Assembly (NCBI GenBank): GCA_964544755.1
Contig: CAZJDL010000005.1
Span: 1-52,032 of the forward strand
Direction of reading: 5' to 3'
DNA length: 52,032 nt
Origin: an uncultured Pseudomonadales bacterium
GTDB taxonomy: Bacteria; Pseudomonadota; Gammaproteobacteria; Pseudomonadales; JAUIET01
Each line of letters opens with the position of its first letter. Position 1 is the stretch's first letter. Shown one piece after another: positions 19,897-29,194 of this stretch. The position numbers and the translations under genes were made by a program. Below the pieces are notes generated by a model that was not told where the DNA came from, did no database searches, and saw nothing but the letters and a program-made list of their open reading frames with translations.

Positions 19897-20793
19897 CTAA
19901 TCAGCAGGTCGCCGGTCTGTCTGGCGCTCAAGAAAACGATAAATGTCTGCGCTCACCGTTGAGCGCTGCCGCAAGGGTTTGGACAGTGCGGCCAACAGCC
20001 CCGCATGATCAACCGCTTTATACTCCCGCACCTCCACACGCCCGCTCAACTGCTGCACCTTTGCCGCCAGGTTGCGGTGATTGCGCGGCTTTACATTGGA
20101 ATCGCTCAACCCATAAAGCAGCAACAGTGGCGGCTCGTTGCCGTCAACAAAATTGATCGGTTGCGAGTTAGCGTACTCGGACTCTGGAGCAAACAAACGC
20201 CGCTGATAAGCTTTGGTGAAAGGCATAAAGTCATACGGTCCCGCGAGGCCAATCAAACCGCTAAGTTGATGATAGGCGCCGACACTGAGATAGCGCTCGT
20301 TCAAGGTCAACATCGCCGCCAGATGCGCGCCGGCTGAGTGCCCCATCAAAAACAGCTGGCCGTTACCACCATAGTCGCCTATGTGATCATGGGCCCACTC
20401 CACCACTTGTGCGGCGTCGTCGATAATTTCAGTAAAGCCCACGTCGGGATAGAGGCGATAGTCTGCTATAACAACGACGTAGCCTTGACTCACCAGGGCT
20501 TCAGCAACAAACGCATAATCCTGCTTATTGAAATCAGTGCAATAGCCCCAGCAGCCGCCATAAAAAAAGATAACGGTGGCGACAAGCTGTCCTTCGTCCA
20601 GGACGGGTCGATAAACATCTAGCTGTTGCGGTTCGTTAGGGCCATAAGTCAGCCCCTCGAACAATTGATAATCGCTCAACCGCGCCAAACCGTTAGCAAC
20701 AAATAATTTGCCGCTCGCGCTGTCACAACCCGCCACTACCGCAAAAACAACGGAGAGAACGACACGCCACACAAGCAATACCCTATTGAACAT
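19897..20793 (-). CDS. Alpha/beta-hydrolase (esterase/lipase-type) lipoprotein
   Basis: Lipobox VVAGC, an oxyanion-type FFYGGCW and the nucleophile motif GHSAGAH. Confidence 0.75.
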   Translation of the reverse strand: MFNRVLLVWRVVLSVVFAVVAGCDSASGKLFVANGLARLSDYQLFEGLTYGPNEPQQLDVYRPVLDEGQLVATVIFFYGGCWGYCTDFNKQDYAFVAEALVSQGYVVVIADYRLYPDVGFTEIIDDAAQVVEWAHDHIGDYGGNGQLFLMGHSAGAHLAAMLTLNERYLSVGAYHQLSGLIGLAGPYDFMPFTKAYQRRLFAPESEYANSQPINFVDGNEPPLLLLYGLSDSNVKPRNHRNLAAKVQQLSGRVEVREYKAVDHAGLLAALSKPLRQRSTVSADIYRFLERQTDRRPAD

Positions 20794-21004
20794 TTTAACT
20801 TTATGTTAGCACAAGCATGATATGCAACGGCGACACCCAAAATACACAGAGTGGAAGCATATTCGCCAATGATATCGCGTGCGGAACTGGCAAGAAATTG
20901 AAGCGGATTTGCGGAAACGGCGCAATCTGATTGAAGGAGTCTGGTGTAAGACTTGCATTATCCCTGCCGCGGCTGATGTCACATCAGGCATTAGTCGCTA
21001 CCGT

Positions 21005-22234
21005 TTATTCCGACAAACGCGCCTCGACGTGCACCTGCACATCGACGTACTGCCCAATCCATTCCAGGTCAGCCCACTCGCCGGTGCCAACTTGTAATGC
21101 GAGCCGATCCAACCGTGCAGTACCGTTCAGGATTACCTTCCGCGCCGAGTCGTCGACAGTAAAGTCAAATTGCACCGGCACGCCAAGGCCTTTGATGCTC
21201 AGCGTCGCTGTTGCCGTAAAGGAACCATCGGGGTTTTCTTTAAACTTGTTCGTAACGAATCTGGCCCGCGGAAATTTCTCCGTATGAAACCACTCGGGCT
21301 CCATCAGAGTCGCGTCACGCTCGGCATCGCGTGAGTCAACCTTGGTAACATGCAGCAATACATCGAATACGCTTTGCGCCAGCGCTTCTTCCGCAAAAAA
21401 CATTTCGGCCCGCCACAACGGCCAAACGCCCGTAAACTTCGCGCCAGCCTGTTCGGCGGTAAATTCAATTCTGCTGGCGGCATAATCAATATCCCATGCC
21501 GGCAAGGTCTTTTCGTTGCTGTTGCTGTCAGGCTCGATTACCGCCGTTTGTCGCCGTTCCTGCGTCTCTGCTGGCAAACTACGTGGCACAACCACGGCAG
21601 CGCTAGCGGCTGGCTTTTTCGTATCGATAGTGGCAAACGACCACAGTGTCGCCAGCAGTAAGACGGCAAATACACCCAGGCTGGCAGGAGACATCATGCG
21701 GCGCAGAATATCATCTTTGTCAACAACATGGTGTTTCAGCGCGGCAACGATATGCACCGCGGCAAGCACGAAAAGCGTCTCTGCCAACAAATGGTGCGCA
21801 TCGAGCAAGGTTTCTTTAAGCCCGGTACTGGGCGCAACCAAATCTGGCAGCTCAAATAAATTAAACCAGCTAACGGTGTAAGCCGACGCAGAAGACATCA
21901 GCCAACCAGTCACAGGAAGCGCAAACATAAGAATATACAGCAGGCAGTGGCTAAGTTTTGATGCCAGAATTTGCCAACCCGGCATAGCTGTGGGCAACGC
22001 AGGCGGCGGCGCGAGAAAACGCCAGCCGACTCTCAGCAGCGCCAACATCAAAATGGTGATACCCACCGACTTGTGATTGGCTAACAACGCCAACTGTGTG
22101 AATTTAGAACCATCGTCTGCGGCGCGCTCGGCAAGCTTGCCAAGCACGAACTGCGTCACTATCAGCGCGGCCACACTCCAATGCAGCAATTGCGCCAGCC
22201 AACCATAGGAGGTAGCCGAATTTTTCAGCGCCAT
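21005..22234 (-). CDS. Cytochrome b561 (YceJ-like) fused to a YceI-like domain
   Basis: The N-terminal ~190 aa has a 4-TM b561 pattern with conserved His residues (LLHWSVAALIV, ANHKSVGITIL, AAVHIVAALKHH). The C-terminal ~170 aa is YceI-like (IDYAASRIEFTAEQAGAKFTGVW...ATLSIKGLGVPVQFDF). It is one uninterrupted 409-aa ORF. Confidence 0.75.
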   Translation of the reverse strand: MALKNSATSYGWLAQLLHWSVAALIVTQFVLGKLAERAADDGSKFTQLALLANHKSVGITILMLALLRVGWRFLAPPPALPTAMPGWQILASKLSHCLLYILMFALPVTGWLMSSASAYTVSWFNLFELPDLVAPSTGLKETLLDAHHLLAETLFVLAAVHIVAALKHHVVDKDDILRRMMSPASLGVFAVLLLATLWSFATIDTKKPAASAAVVVPRSLPAETQERRQTAVIEPDSNSNEKTLPAWDIDYAASRIEFTAEQAGAKFTGVWPLWRAEMFFAEEALAQSVFDVLLHVTKVDSRDAERDATLMEPEWFHTEKFPRARFVTNKFKENPDGSFTATATLSIKGLGVPVQFDFTVDDSARKVILNGTARLDRLALQVGTGEWADLEWIGQYVDVQVHVEARLSE

Positions 22235-22239
22235 AGCGA

Positions 22240-23004
22240 TCAGTTGGTCAGCAAGACAGTCGCGCCCTTGTGGCTTCCCGCCTCTATCGCGGCCACAATA
22301 AAGTGCGCCACATCGGCGCGGGCAATGCTGCCGGCAGTGACGCCGCTGAGGTCTTGAAGGATGCGATAGCGGCTTTCCCCCGGCTTGTCTGTTAATGCGC
22401 CTGGGCGCACGATAGTCCAGTCAACTGCGCTGTCGACGATTAACTTCTCTTCGCGGTCTTTGTCTGCATATACAGTTTTTAGCGCTAGCGGCTGGAGTAT
22501 GCGGTCATAAAAGAATCCGCCGTGTCCGCGACTGTCGCCGGCGCCGATGCCGGTCACGGCAACAAGGCGCCCAACCTGTGCGGCCGCCATGGCGTCAAGC
22601 ACATGTTGTATTCCCTGGGAGAACACCGTGACGGGATCGCGCGTCGGCCCTATGCCGATGGCGTTCACAATGGCGTCTTTACCAGTGACCGCGGCTTCAA
22701 CCGCCGCCGTGTCAAGTACATCGCCCTTGCGCGCCTCGAGATTTTCGTGGGTTAGTGTCATGCGTTCAGGATGGCGCGACATGGCCGTGATGTTATGACC
22801 ACGAGTGAGTGCTAGCTTTACGACTTCGAGACCAGTACCGCTGGTACCGCCAATCACCAAAATCCGCAGTGGCGCACGCACTTGAGGCGCTAGTGTGGGA
22901 GGAGGATCGCCGACCGACGCCAGCGACGCGCCGTCTTTTGTGCCATCACCGCCGCAGCCGGTTAGCAGCAACAACATGGCGCTTATCACAATAGGCATTT
23001 TCAT
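22240..23004 (-). CDS. NAD(P)H-binding (NmrA/atypical SDR-like) lipoprotein
   Basis: Lipobox LLLTGC followed by a Rossmann motif ILVIGGTSGTGLEVVKLAL. Confidence 0.7.
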   Translation of the reverse strand: MKMPIVISAMLLLLTGCGGDGTKDGASLASVGDPPPTLAPQVRAPLRILVIGGTSGTGLEVVKLALTRGHNITAMSRHPERMTLTHENLEARKGDVLDTAAVEAAVTGKDAIVNAIGIGPTRDPVTVFSQGIQHVLDAMAAAQVGRLVAVTGIGAGDSRGHGGFFYDRILQPLALKTVYADKDREEKLIVDSAVDWTIVRPGALTDKPGESRYRILQDLSGVTAGSIARADVAHFIVAAIEAGSHKGATVLLTN

Positions 23005-23263
23005 CGTGGCTGTGTGGCGGGTTGTTTAGAAAGGCATGTCGTCATAGTTGAGAAGCTATTGTATGGCTAAAATAGCCATGATAACGGATGACCGCCGGCT
23101 TCGACAACGCATCTGTGCGGAAGGGATCGCCGTGGTGGTAGGCGGCCCAGGCCCTTTTTAGGGCAAACACCGATGCTTTAGCTTTTTGTATTTATCCGCT
23201 AAAGTACAGCGCAGCGATAATCAATACCAGGCGCCAGAAACACAGGAAAACCGGGACAGAAAA

Positions 23264-24760
23264 ATGAAACACCTGCTACTTGCCCTCTTCTTACTGTGCT
23301 CCTGGCACACTGGCGCGGTAACGCCCGAAGCCAGATCAGTCGCCGACTATGCGGTCCGCACTTATGAGCAGGCGATGGTCGACAGCCTGGCAAAGATGGT
23401 GAGCTATAACACCGTCGCGCTGGAAGATATCCCATTCGAGAAAAACCCCGCGATGACCGAATTCAAGTCTTACCTGAAATCGCTGGCGGAAGAACTCGGT
23501 CTGGATTTCGCCGACCACGATTATGTACTACTCATTGGCCTTGGAGAAGGCCCGAAAAAATTCGGCGTAATCACTCACGGCGACGTGCAGCCCGCAAACG
23601 CCAGCAAGTGGCAACAAAGCCCCTATGTGCTTGATCTGACCAGCGAAGCGGGAAAGCTAGTCGGCCGTGGCAGCGAAGATGACAAAGGCCCGATCGTAAC
23701 CGCTCTGTATGCCATGAAGGCAATAAAGGACAAAGGCATCGAATTAAACCGCCGCATCGAGCTGCTGGTGTATATGGCGGAGGAGTCCGACTGGGGGCCT
23801 TTGGAGGAATTTTTGAAAACCTACAACGCCGCCGATTTCAATATTACGCTGGATTCCAACTACCCGGCGGTTACCGCCGAGAAGGGCTGGAGCTCGATCG
23901 AGGTCACCGTACCCGTAGCGCAGAGCGCCGATACCAAGCAAGCGGAATTGATGAGCTTTAGCGGTGGCTCCTTCGCCAGCCAAATTCCACCGGAAGCAAC
24001 GGCGTTTGTCCGGAATGCCGATAAGGCAATGATCGAAGCCATCAAAGCAAGGGGCGCAACGCAGGAAGGAATGCACTACACATTCACCGACAACGACGGC
24101 GGCGTGGAAATATTGGCAACCGGTAAATCGGCGCATTCGTCCACGCCACAAGACGGTATCAACGCGGTGGTTTATTTGGCCGACGCGCTGAGCATTCGAA
24201 GCTGGCCAAAGAGTACGGCTTCGTTGGCCATCGCTTACATCAACGAATTGGTTGGCACCGGCGTTAATGCAGAGAAATTCGGCTCCATCGCGTTTCAGGA
24301 TGATTTTATGGGCCCGATGACACTCGCGCCGACCGTGGTCAAAAATACCAGCAAAGGTATCAGCATCTTTATTAATTTACGCCGGCCCAGGGGCAAAACA
24401 ACCGAAGTACTCGACCGGCAGACCCAGGCAGCACTGGCCGATTGGCAACAGCGGCATCGAGTAAAACTGAAAGATGTAAGCACTTCCTGGGGCGACCCGC
24501 TTGTCGTCGACGATGCACCGCACCTGGGGATCTTGCTCGATGTATACAGTTATTTTACCGGGGTAAAAGATCCACAGCCCGTTTCAATTGGTGGTTCAAC
24601 CAACGCCAAGCTGTTTCCCAACGCGCTGAGTTTTGGCCCTTCGATGCCGGGTGCAGAATATACCGGGCATTCGGAGCATGAGTTTATTACGCGAGAGCAG
24701 TTTGCGCTGAACCTGAAGATGTATACGGCAGTGTTTGTTGAACTGGGTAGCATGCAATAA
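23264..24760 (+). CDS. M20-family dipeptidase (PepV/Sapep-like), secreted
   Basis: Signal peptide MKHLLLALFLLCSWHTGAV, followed by ITHGDVQPA, GRGSEDDKGP and MAEESDW metal-site motifs. The start is set at the ATG at 23264. Confidence 0.8.
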   Translation: MKHLLLALFLLCSWHTGAVTPEARSVADYAVRTYEQAMVDSLAKMVSYNTVALEDIPFEKNPAMTEFKSYLKSLAEELGLDFADHDYVLLIGLGEGPKKFGVITHGDVQPANASKWQQSPYVLDLTSEAGKLVGRGSEDDKGPIVTALYAMKAIKDKGIELNRRIELLVYMAEESDWGPLEEFLKTYNAADFNITLDSNYPAVTAEKGWSSIEVTVPVAQSADTKQAELMSFSGGSFASQIPPEATAFVRNADKAMIEAIKARGATQEGMHYTFTDNDGGVEILATGKSAHSSTPQDGINAVVYLADALSIRSWPKSTASLAIAYINELVGTGVNAEKFGSIAFQDDFMGPMTLAPTVVKNTSKGISIFINLRRPRGKTTEVLDRQTQAALADWQQRHRVKLKDVSTSWGDPLVVDDAPHLGILLDVYSYFTGVKDPQPVSIGGSTNAKLFPNALSFGPSMPGAEYTGHSEHEFITREQFALNLKMYTAVFVELGSMQ

Positions 24761-24815
24761 CCCTATTGGCTTGGCCGAACTCGAGGCGCGCGTGGACAAC
24801 GGCGCAACCAAAAAT

Positions 24816-25367
24816 TCAGGTGCTTTTATCCATAATATACGTTCGCCTGCCATCTAGGCTGACCTGGTTTCTTTTCTCCCAATACTCCTTTATACCTTCT
24901 TCCCCCTTTTTATCAGCCCAGTTTTTTAGCTGCTCCCTTTCTTCGACGTAGTCGAAAAACGGCACTGCCATTCCACAGGACGTTTGCACAAGATCAACTG
25001 CGAGGTCGAAGACTTGTCTCGCGCCTGGAATAGGGTTGAACAAAGAGAGCAACTCGTCCCACTCAAGGTCATTCCTGTGAATTACTTTCGCGCTCCCATA
25101 AAGGCGGAGAATCGTAGCGGCTCCCTCGAACGCAGCAAACATAATTGTCATTCGAGGGCTTTGCTGGATATGCGCTGCCGTTTCATTGCCACTACCCGTA
25201 ACGTTCAACCACACAACTCTGTTTTTTCCCAGCACTCGCAAGGAGTCCATCCCCTTCGGTGAAATATTTACCCTGCCATCGGCCGTTGCCGTGCCGACAA
25301 AGAATATCTTTTGCTCTTCGATAAACTGTTTTAGCTTATCTGATATTGCAGAATACTGTTGGCCCAC
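24816..25367 (-). CDS. Pyridoxamine 5'-phosphate oxidase-family (FMN-binding split-barrel) protein
   Basis: 183-aa ORF. FFVGTATADGRVNISPKG...VVWLNVTGSGNETAAHI is typical of this family. Confidence 0.7.
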   Translation of the reverse strand: MGQQYSAISDKLKQFIEEQKIFFVGTATADGRVNISPKGMDSLRVLGKNRVVWLNVTGSGNETAAHIQQSPRMTIMFAAFEGAATILRLYGSAKVIHRNDLEWDELLSLFNPIPGARQVFDLAVDLVQTSCGMAVPFFDYVEEREQLKNWADKKGEEGIKEYWEKRNQVSLDGRRTYIMDKST

Positions 25368-25386
25368 AGTGTTACCCGATTGTGTT

Positions 25387-25731
25387 TTATACTACATCAG
25401 TAGCTGGACTCCAGAACTTTAAGCCTATCACGCCCGCGACGATAAGCGAAATACAAGCAATGCGGGCAACGGTTACGGGTTCCTTGAACCACAGCATACC
25501 GAGCACGGCGACGCCAACCGCGCCAATACCAACCCAGACCGCATACGCCGTTCCCATCGGTATGTGTTTCAGCGAGTAGGATAAAAAAGCGAAACTCACC
25601 CACATCGCCGCAAAGGTGATAACAGTGGGCCAGAGCAGGCTGAAACCCTCCGAGTACTTCATACTTGTCGCCCACACAATCTCGAATACACCTGCAATAA
25701 GCAAGCTATACCATGCTACAGTATTCATCAA
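25387..25731 (-). CDS. sugE: SMR-family small multidrug/guanidinium exporter (SugE/Gdx-like)
   Basis: 114-aa, 4-TM ORF with AGVFEIVWATSMKYSEGF and PMGTAYAVWVGIGAVG. Confidence 0.85.
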   Translation of the reverse strand: MMNTVAWYSLLIAGVFEIVWATSMKYSEGFSLLWPTVITFAAMWVSFAFLSYSLKHIPMGTAYAVWVGIGAVGVAVLGMLWFKEPVTVARIACISLIVAGVIGLKFWSPATDVV

Positions 25732-25885
25732 AACTTCCTAAGATTAAGCAATCTTCGCATATCGCCCGAAAGTTTAAGCGTATCATTGACAGCTGTTATA
25801 AAATAGCGGATTGGGGCAAAGTCGATTTCCCAGCTGAGGTTGCAGGCTTTTTGGACAAGGATCCAACATACATGAAGAAGCCAGT

Positions 25886-27571
25886 GTGCTAAAACCGAAA
25901 CCGCCCCTTTTCTGGATAAGAGATTATCAGCGCGATTACGTCAAGCCCGACCTGACCGCGGGTATAACAGTCGCGGTACTACTCATACCCCAGGCGATGG
26001 CCTATGCGCTGTTGGCCGGCCTGCCGCCGATCACAGGTTTGTACGCCGCCCTTGCGAGCCTGGTGGTCTACCCCCTGCTCGGCTCGTCCAGACATTTATC
26101 CGTGGGACCAGTAGCGCTTGACTCCTTATTGGTAGCGTCTGGATTCGGCGCGCTGATCGCCGGTGCGACAACGGAGGAATACCTTGGCTTCGCTATCACG
26201 CTGGCGGTGATGGTTGGCGTCATACAGACGCTGATGGGACTGTTGCGCATGGGGTACCTGGTTAATTTCCTGGCCAATCCAGTAATTAACGGTTTTACGT
26301 CCGCGGCGGCGATCATTATCGCGCTCAGCCAACTAAAACATATGCTGGGCATAGAAATTGAGGCCAGCCAGCAAGTGTACTCGTTGCTACGCCAGCTTGC
26401 CGGTCAGATTGCCAACGTGCATGGCGCCACGCTGGCGATGGGGAGTATCTGCCTTGTCATGCTGTTATTTTTGCGGCGCAAGTTTCCGCGGCTGCCGGCG
26501 GGTCTTATCACCATTGCTGCGAGCACTCTTACGGTGTGGTTTGCAGAGCTGCAAGATACTGGCATGTCGATTGTTGGGGCCATACCGAGAGGCTTACCCG
26601 CACTCAATGTGCCAAATATGGATGCGGACCGGGTTGCATCGTTGTTAACGCTGGCAGTCACGATTGCGCTGGTAAGTTTTATGGAATCTATTGCGGTTGC
26701 CAAGCGCTTCGCTGCGCAAAACCGTTACGAAGTCAGCGCCAACAGAGAACTCGTGAGCATAGGCGCCGGCAATGTCGCGTCAGGGTTTGCCGGCGGCTAC
26801 CCGGTAGCGGGAAGTTTTTCTCGTACCGCGATCAATGCCGACAGCGGCGCGAAAACGCCACTCGCATCGATAATAACGGCTACCGTCATCGCGCTGACTT
26901 TAGTCGCGTTGACGCCATTGTTCTACTACACACCCATCGCCAGCCTTGCCGCGGTCATTTTAGTCGCCATCAAGGGCTTGATCGACCTCGAAGAACCGCG
27001 CCGTCTTCTTAGAATAAACAAGAAGGATTTTTCCCTTTTACTATTCGCTTTTTTCGCGACGCTTATGTTGGGCATCCAGTATGGAGTGCTGCTTAGCGTG
27101 CTGGCGTCTATCATTCTGATTTTTAGCCGCATTACCCGCCCGCCCGTGGTGCGCTTTGGCCGCCTGCCCAACACCAATATTTTCCGCAATCTGGATCGCG
27201 ACCCGCAGGCGAAAATTATCCCCGGAGTGATCATTTTTCGCATCGATGCTTCGTTATATTTTGCCAACGTGACGTATCTTAAAGACAAAATTTATGAAGC
27301 AGTTGCCGAGCGCCAAGACCCGATTCATTCTTTTCTTATAGACGCCAGCACTACCAACGAAGTCGATACCTCCGCTATAACATGCTTGCAGGAAATAGCC
27401 TACGAGTTCAAACAAACCGGTATCGAACTGTATTTTTCCAATGTGCGTGGCCGGATCAGAGACACCATGCGCCGTTCAGGTTTTCTGCAGCAGTTGGGTG
27501 AGGATCACTTCTTCTATAGCAAGACCGCGGCGATTAAACACATCGAAGCGCTTAACCCCAACGTGGTTTGA
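25886..27571 (+). CDS. SulP-family anion transporter with C-terminal STAS domain
   Basis: 561-aa ORF with a GTG start. It carries DLTAGITVAVLLIPQAMAYALLAGLPP and a C-terminal STAS-like region (VIIFRIDASLYFANV). Confidence 0.88.
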   Translation: MLKPKPPLFWIRDYQRDYVKPDLTAGITVAVLLIPQAMAYALLAGLPPITGLYAALASLVVYPLLGSSRHLSVGPVALDSLLVASGFGALIAGATTEEYLGFAITLAVMVGVIQTLMGLLRMGYLVNFLANPVINGFTSAAAIIIALSQLKHMLGIEIEASQQVYSLLRQLAGQIANVHGATLAMGSICLVMLLFLRRKFPRLPAGLITIAASTLTVWFAELQDTGMSIVGAIPRGLPALNVPNMDADRVASLLTLAVTIALVSFMESIAVAKRFAAQNRYEVSANRELVSIGAGNVASGFAGGYPVAGSFSRTAINADSGAKTPLASIITATVIALTLVALTPLFYYTPIASLAAVILVAIKGLIDLEEPRRLLRINKKDFSLLLFAFFATLMLGIQYGVLLSVLASIILIFSRITRPPVVRFGRLPNTNIFRNLDRDPQAKIIPGVIIFRIDASLYFANVTYLKDKIYEAVAERQDPIHSFLIDASTTNEVDTSAITCLQEIAYEFKQTGIELYFSNVRGRIRDTMRRSGFLQQLGEDHFFYSKTAAIKHIEALNPNVV

Positions 27572-27779
27572 TACGCCATCACATTTCCAGCTGTGCGAAA
27601 GTTCGCGATTTTGGAGACTGCTATGACGCAGCTTGAGCACGTATTGCGCGTGCAGACAAGGGAACAACCCGGAAAGCAGAATGTCTCAATGTCGATATCC
27701 CCGCGGCTTACACCAGCCTGAATGCGCGGCGTGTGCGAGCCTATCGCCGGTTAGCTACAAAACTCGTTAGGAGGGTTAT

Positions 27780-28463
27780 ATGCAAGAACTGAACGCGGAT
27801 TTTAGCAAAAGAACTGTCGTTCATGGCGCGAAGCTTGAATGGCAGGACTCGCCGATGGCCGGAGTCCGCCGTCGCATGCTGGATCGGATTGGCGATGAAG
27901 TCGCTCGCGCCACTAGCATTGTGCGCTATGATACTGGCAGCCATTTTTCGCCACACGTGCATACCGGCGGTGAGGAGTTTGTTGTTCTGGAAGGCGTGTT
28001 CCAGGACGAACACGGCGACTTTCCGGCTGGCTCTTACATTCGTAACCCGCCGCAATCCAAACACACGCCGGGCTCCGAACCAGGCTGTGTGATTTTTGTG
28101 AAACTGTGGCAATTCGATCTCGATGATCGCACGCAAGTGCGGATCAATATGGACGAGGTTCCTGCTACGCCCGACCCGACTCGACCAGGGGTAACACTCG
28201 CCCCGCTACATCAAGATGAGCGAGAACAGGTACGCGTTGAGCAATGGGAAGCCGGGGCCGAGGTGACGTTGGACACGTCGGGGGGCGCGGAAATTCTCGT
28301 ACTCGAAGGTAGCTTTGAGGAAGGTCACGATACGTTTCAACCGCAGTCGTGGCTGCGAGTACCCCTTGGTGGGCATGTCGGCGCCAAGGCCGGCCCGCAA
28401 GGCGCGCGGCTATGGGTCAAGACCGGGCACTTACGATTTGTCGAACCGCCAAAAATTTCTTAA
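27780..28463 (+). CDS. Cupin-domain protein (ChrR C-terminal-domain-like)
   Basis: 227-aa ORF with HVHTGGEEFVVLEGVFQDEHGDFPAGSYIRNPP. The RBS AGGAGGG precedes the ATG. No N-terminal zinc anti-sigma domain is visible. Confidence 0.7.
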   Translation: MQELNADFSKRTVVHGAKLEWQDSPMAGVRRRMLDRIGDEVARATSIVRYDTGSHFSPHVHTGGEEFVVLEGVFQDEHGDFPAGSYIRNPPQSKHTPGSEPGCVIFVKLWQFDLDDRTQVRINMDEVPATPDPTRPGVTLAPLHQDEREQVRVEQWEAGAEVTLDTSGGAEILVLEGSFEEGHDTFQPQSWLRVPLGGHVGAKAGPQGARLWVKTGHLRFVEPPKIS

Positions 28464-28558
28464 CAGATTGTCTCGCTTGTGGGCATCCTGAAAGGCCAGT
28501 GGCCTGATCCTGCTGGTAAACAGTTTTTTACGATCCTGTTGGTGATGAGATGCGAGGA

Positions 28559-28825
28559 TCACCTCAATTGACTGTCTTTGCTGCCGCGACGGTTATAGCC
28601 GCTAAGGCCCTCCTGGTGTTCGTCGAGTTCAGCCTGGCATTTCACGCAAAAGCGCACACCGGGGATTGCTCTGCGGCGAGCTTTCGGGATAACGGTTTCG
28701 CATTCCGCACAGTGCGTTAAGCTGTCGCCTGTTGGTAGCCGGCTTCGCGCCAGTTTTACCGCATCGTCAACGCTCGCGTCAATTTGATCCTGTACCGCTC
28801 CATCTCTCGCCCAACCAGTGGCCAT
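28559..28825 (-). CDS. DksA/TraR-family C4 zinc-finger protein
   Basis: 88-aa ORF with CAECETVIPKARRRAIPGVRFCVKCQ. Confidence 0.85.
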   Translation of the reverse strand: MATGWARDGAVQDQIDASVDDAVKLARSRLPTGDSLTHCAECETVIPKARRRAIPGVRFCVKCQAELDEHQEGLSGYNRRGSKDSQLR

Positions 28826-29194
28826 TATTTTCTCCTATTTTGGATTGTTCATCTGTACAGCGGCAACGAGGCAGGGGCGCGCTCGCGGTGGGTGGCGCCG
28901 TACAAACGCACGTCAGAATTACGTCGGCCTGCTCGCTCGCCTGGCTCATAACCAGCGACCGTTGTTGATGCTGCTGCCGCAGCTATCATAGACCTTGCGA
29001 TAGCGTTAGACAATTTGTGAGCAAAATCCGCAGCGTATTGTGAATACCAGCGCTATTAGCGGCGAAAATATATTCGATTAGGCGCCTCCAAATTGACAGA
29101 AACGCCGTCACAATAATAGCTTTCAGTAATCCAGCGCGTTAAGCTGGCTCCACTTCTAACGCAACCAATGCGTTCATAATTACTCACGCAAGAC

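Noticed and set aside
20975-20989. 15-nt perfect palindrome CTGATGTCACATCAG just downstream of the cytochrome b561-YceI gene. Similar short palindromes occur at about 34568-34584 (AGCAGAACTGTTCTGCT) and about 23080-23096 (ATGGCTAAAATAGCCAT).
   Set aside because: They are short and isolated, with a 1-3 nt centre and no T-run, and they do not match any operator consensus I know (LexA, MetR and Fur were checked by eye). They could be chance palindromes or unknown operators, and the evidence is insufficient.
25732-25885. Looked for a guanidine riboswitch (ykkC, mini-ykkC or ykkC-III) upstream of the SugE/Gdx-like exporter.
   Set aside because: There are no paired ACGR-loop hairpins or other conserved guanidine-riboswitch cores on the minus strand. 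Only a weak 5-bp stem (CTTCG/CGAAG) is present.
27611-27706. 31-codon ORF (MTQLEHVLRVQTREQPGKQNVSMSISPRLTPA) upstream of the ChrR-like cupin, considered as a split-off anti-sigma N-terminal domain.
   Set aside because: It lacks the His/Cys zinc-binding pattern of ChrR-type anti-sigma domains and has no RBS. No ECF sigma gene is nearby.
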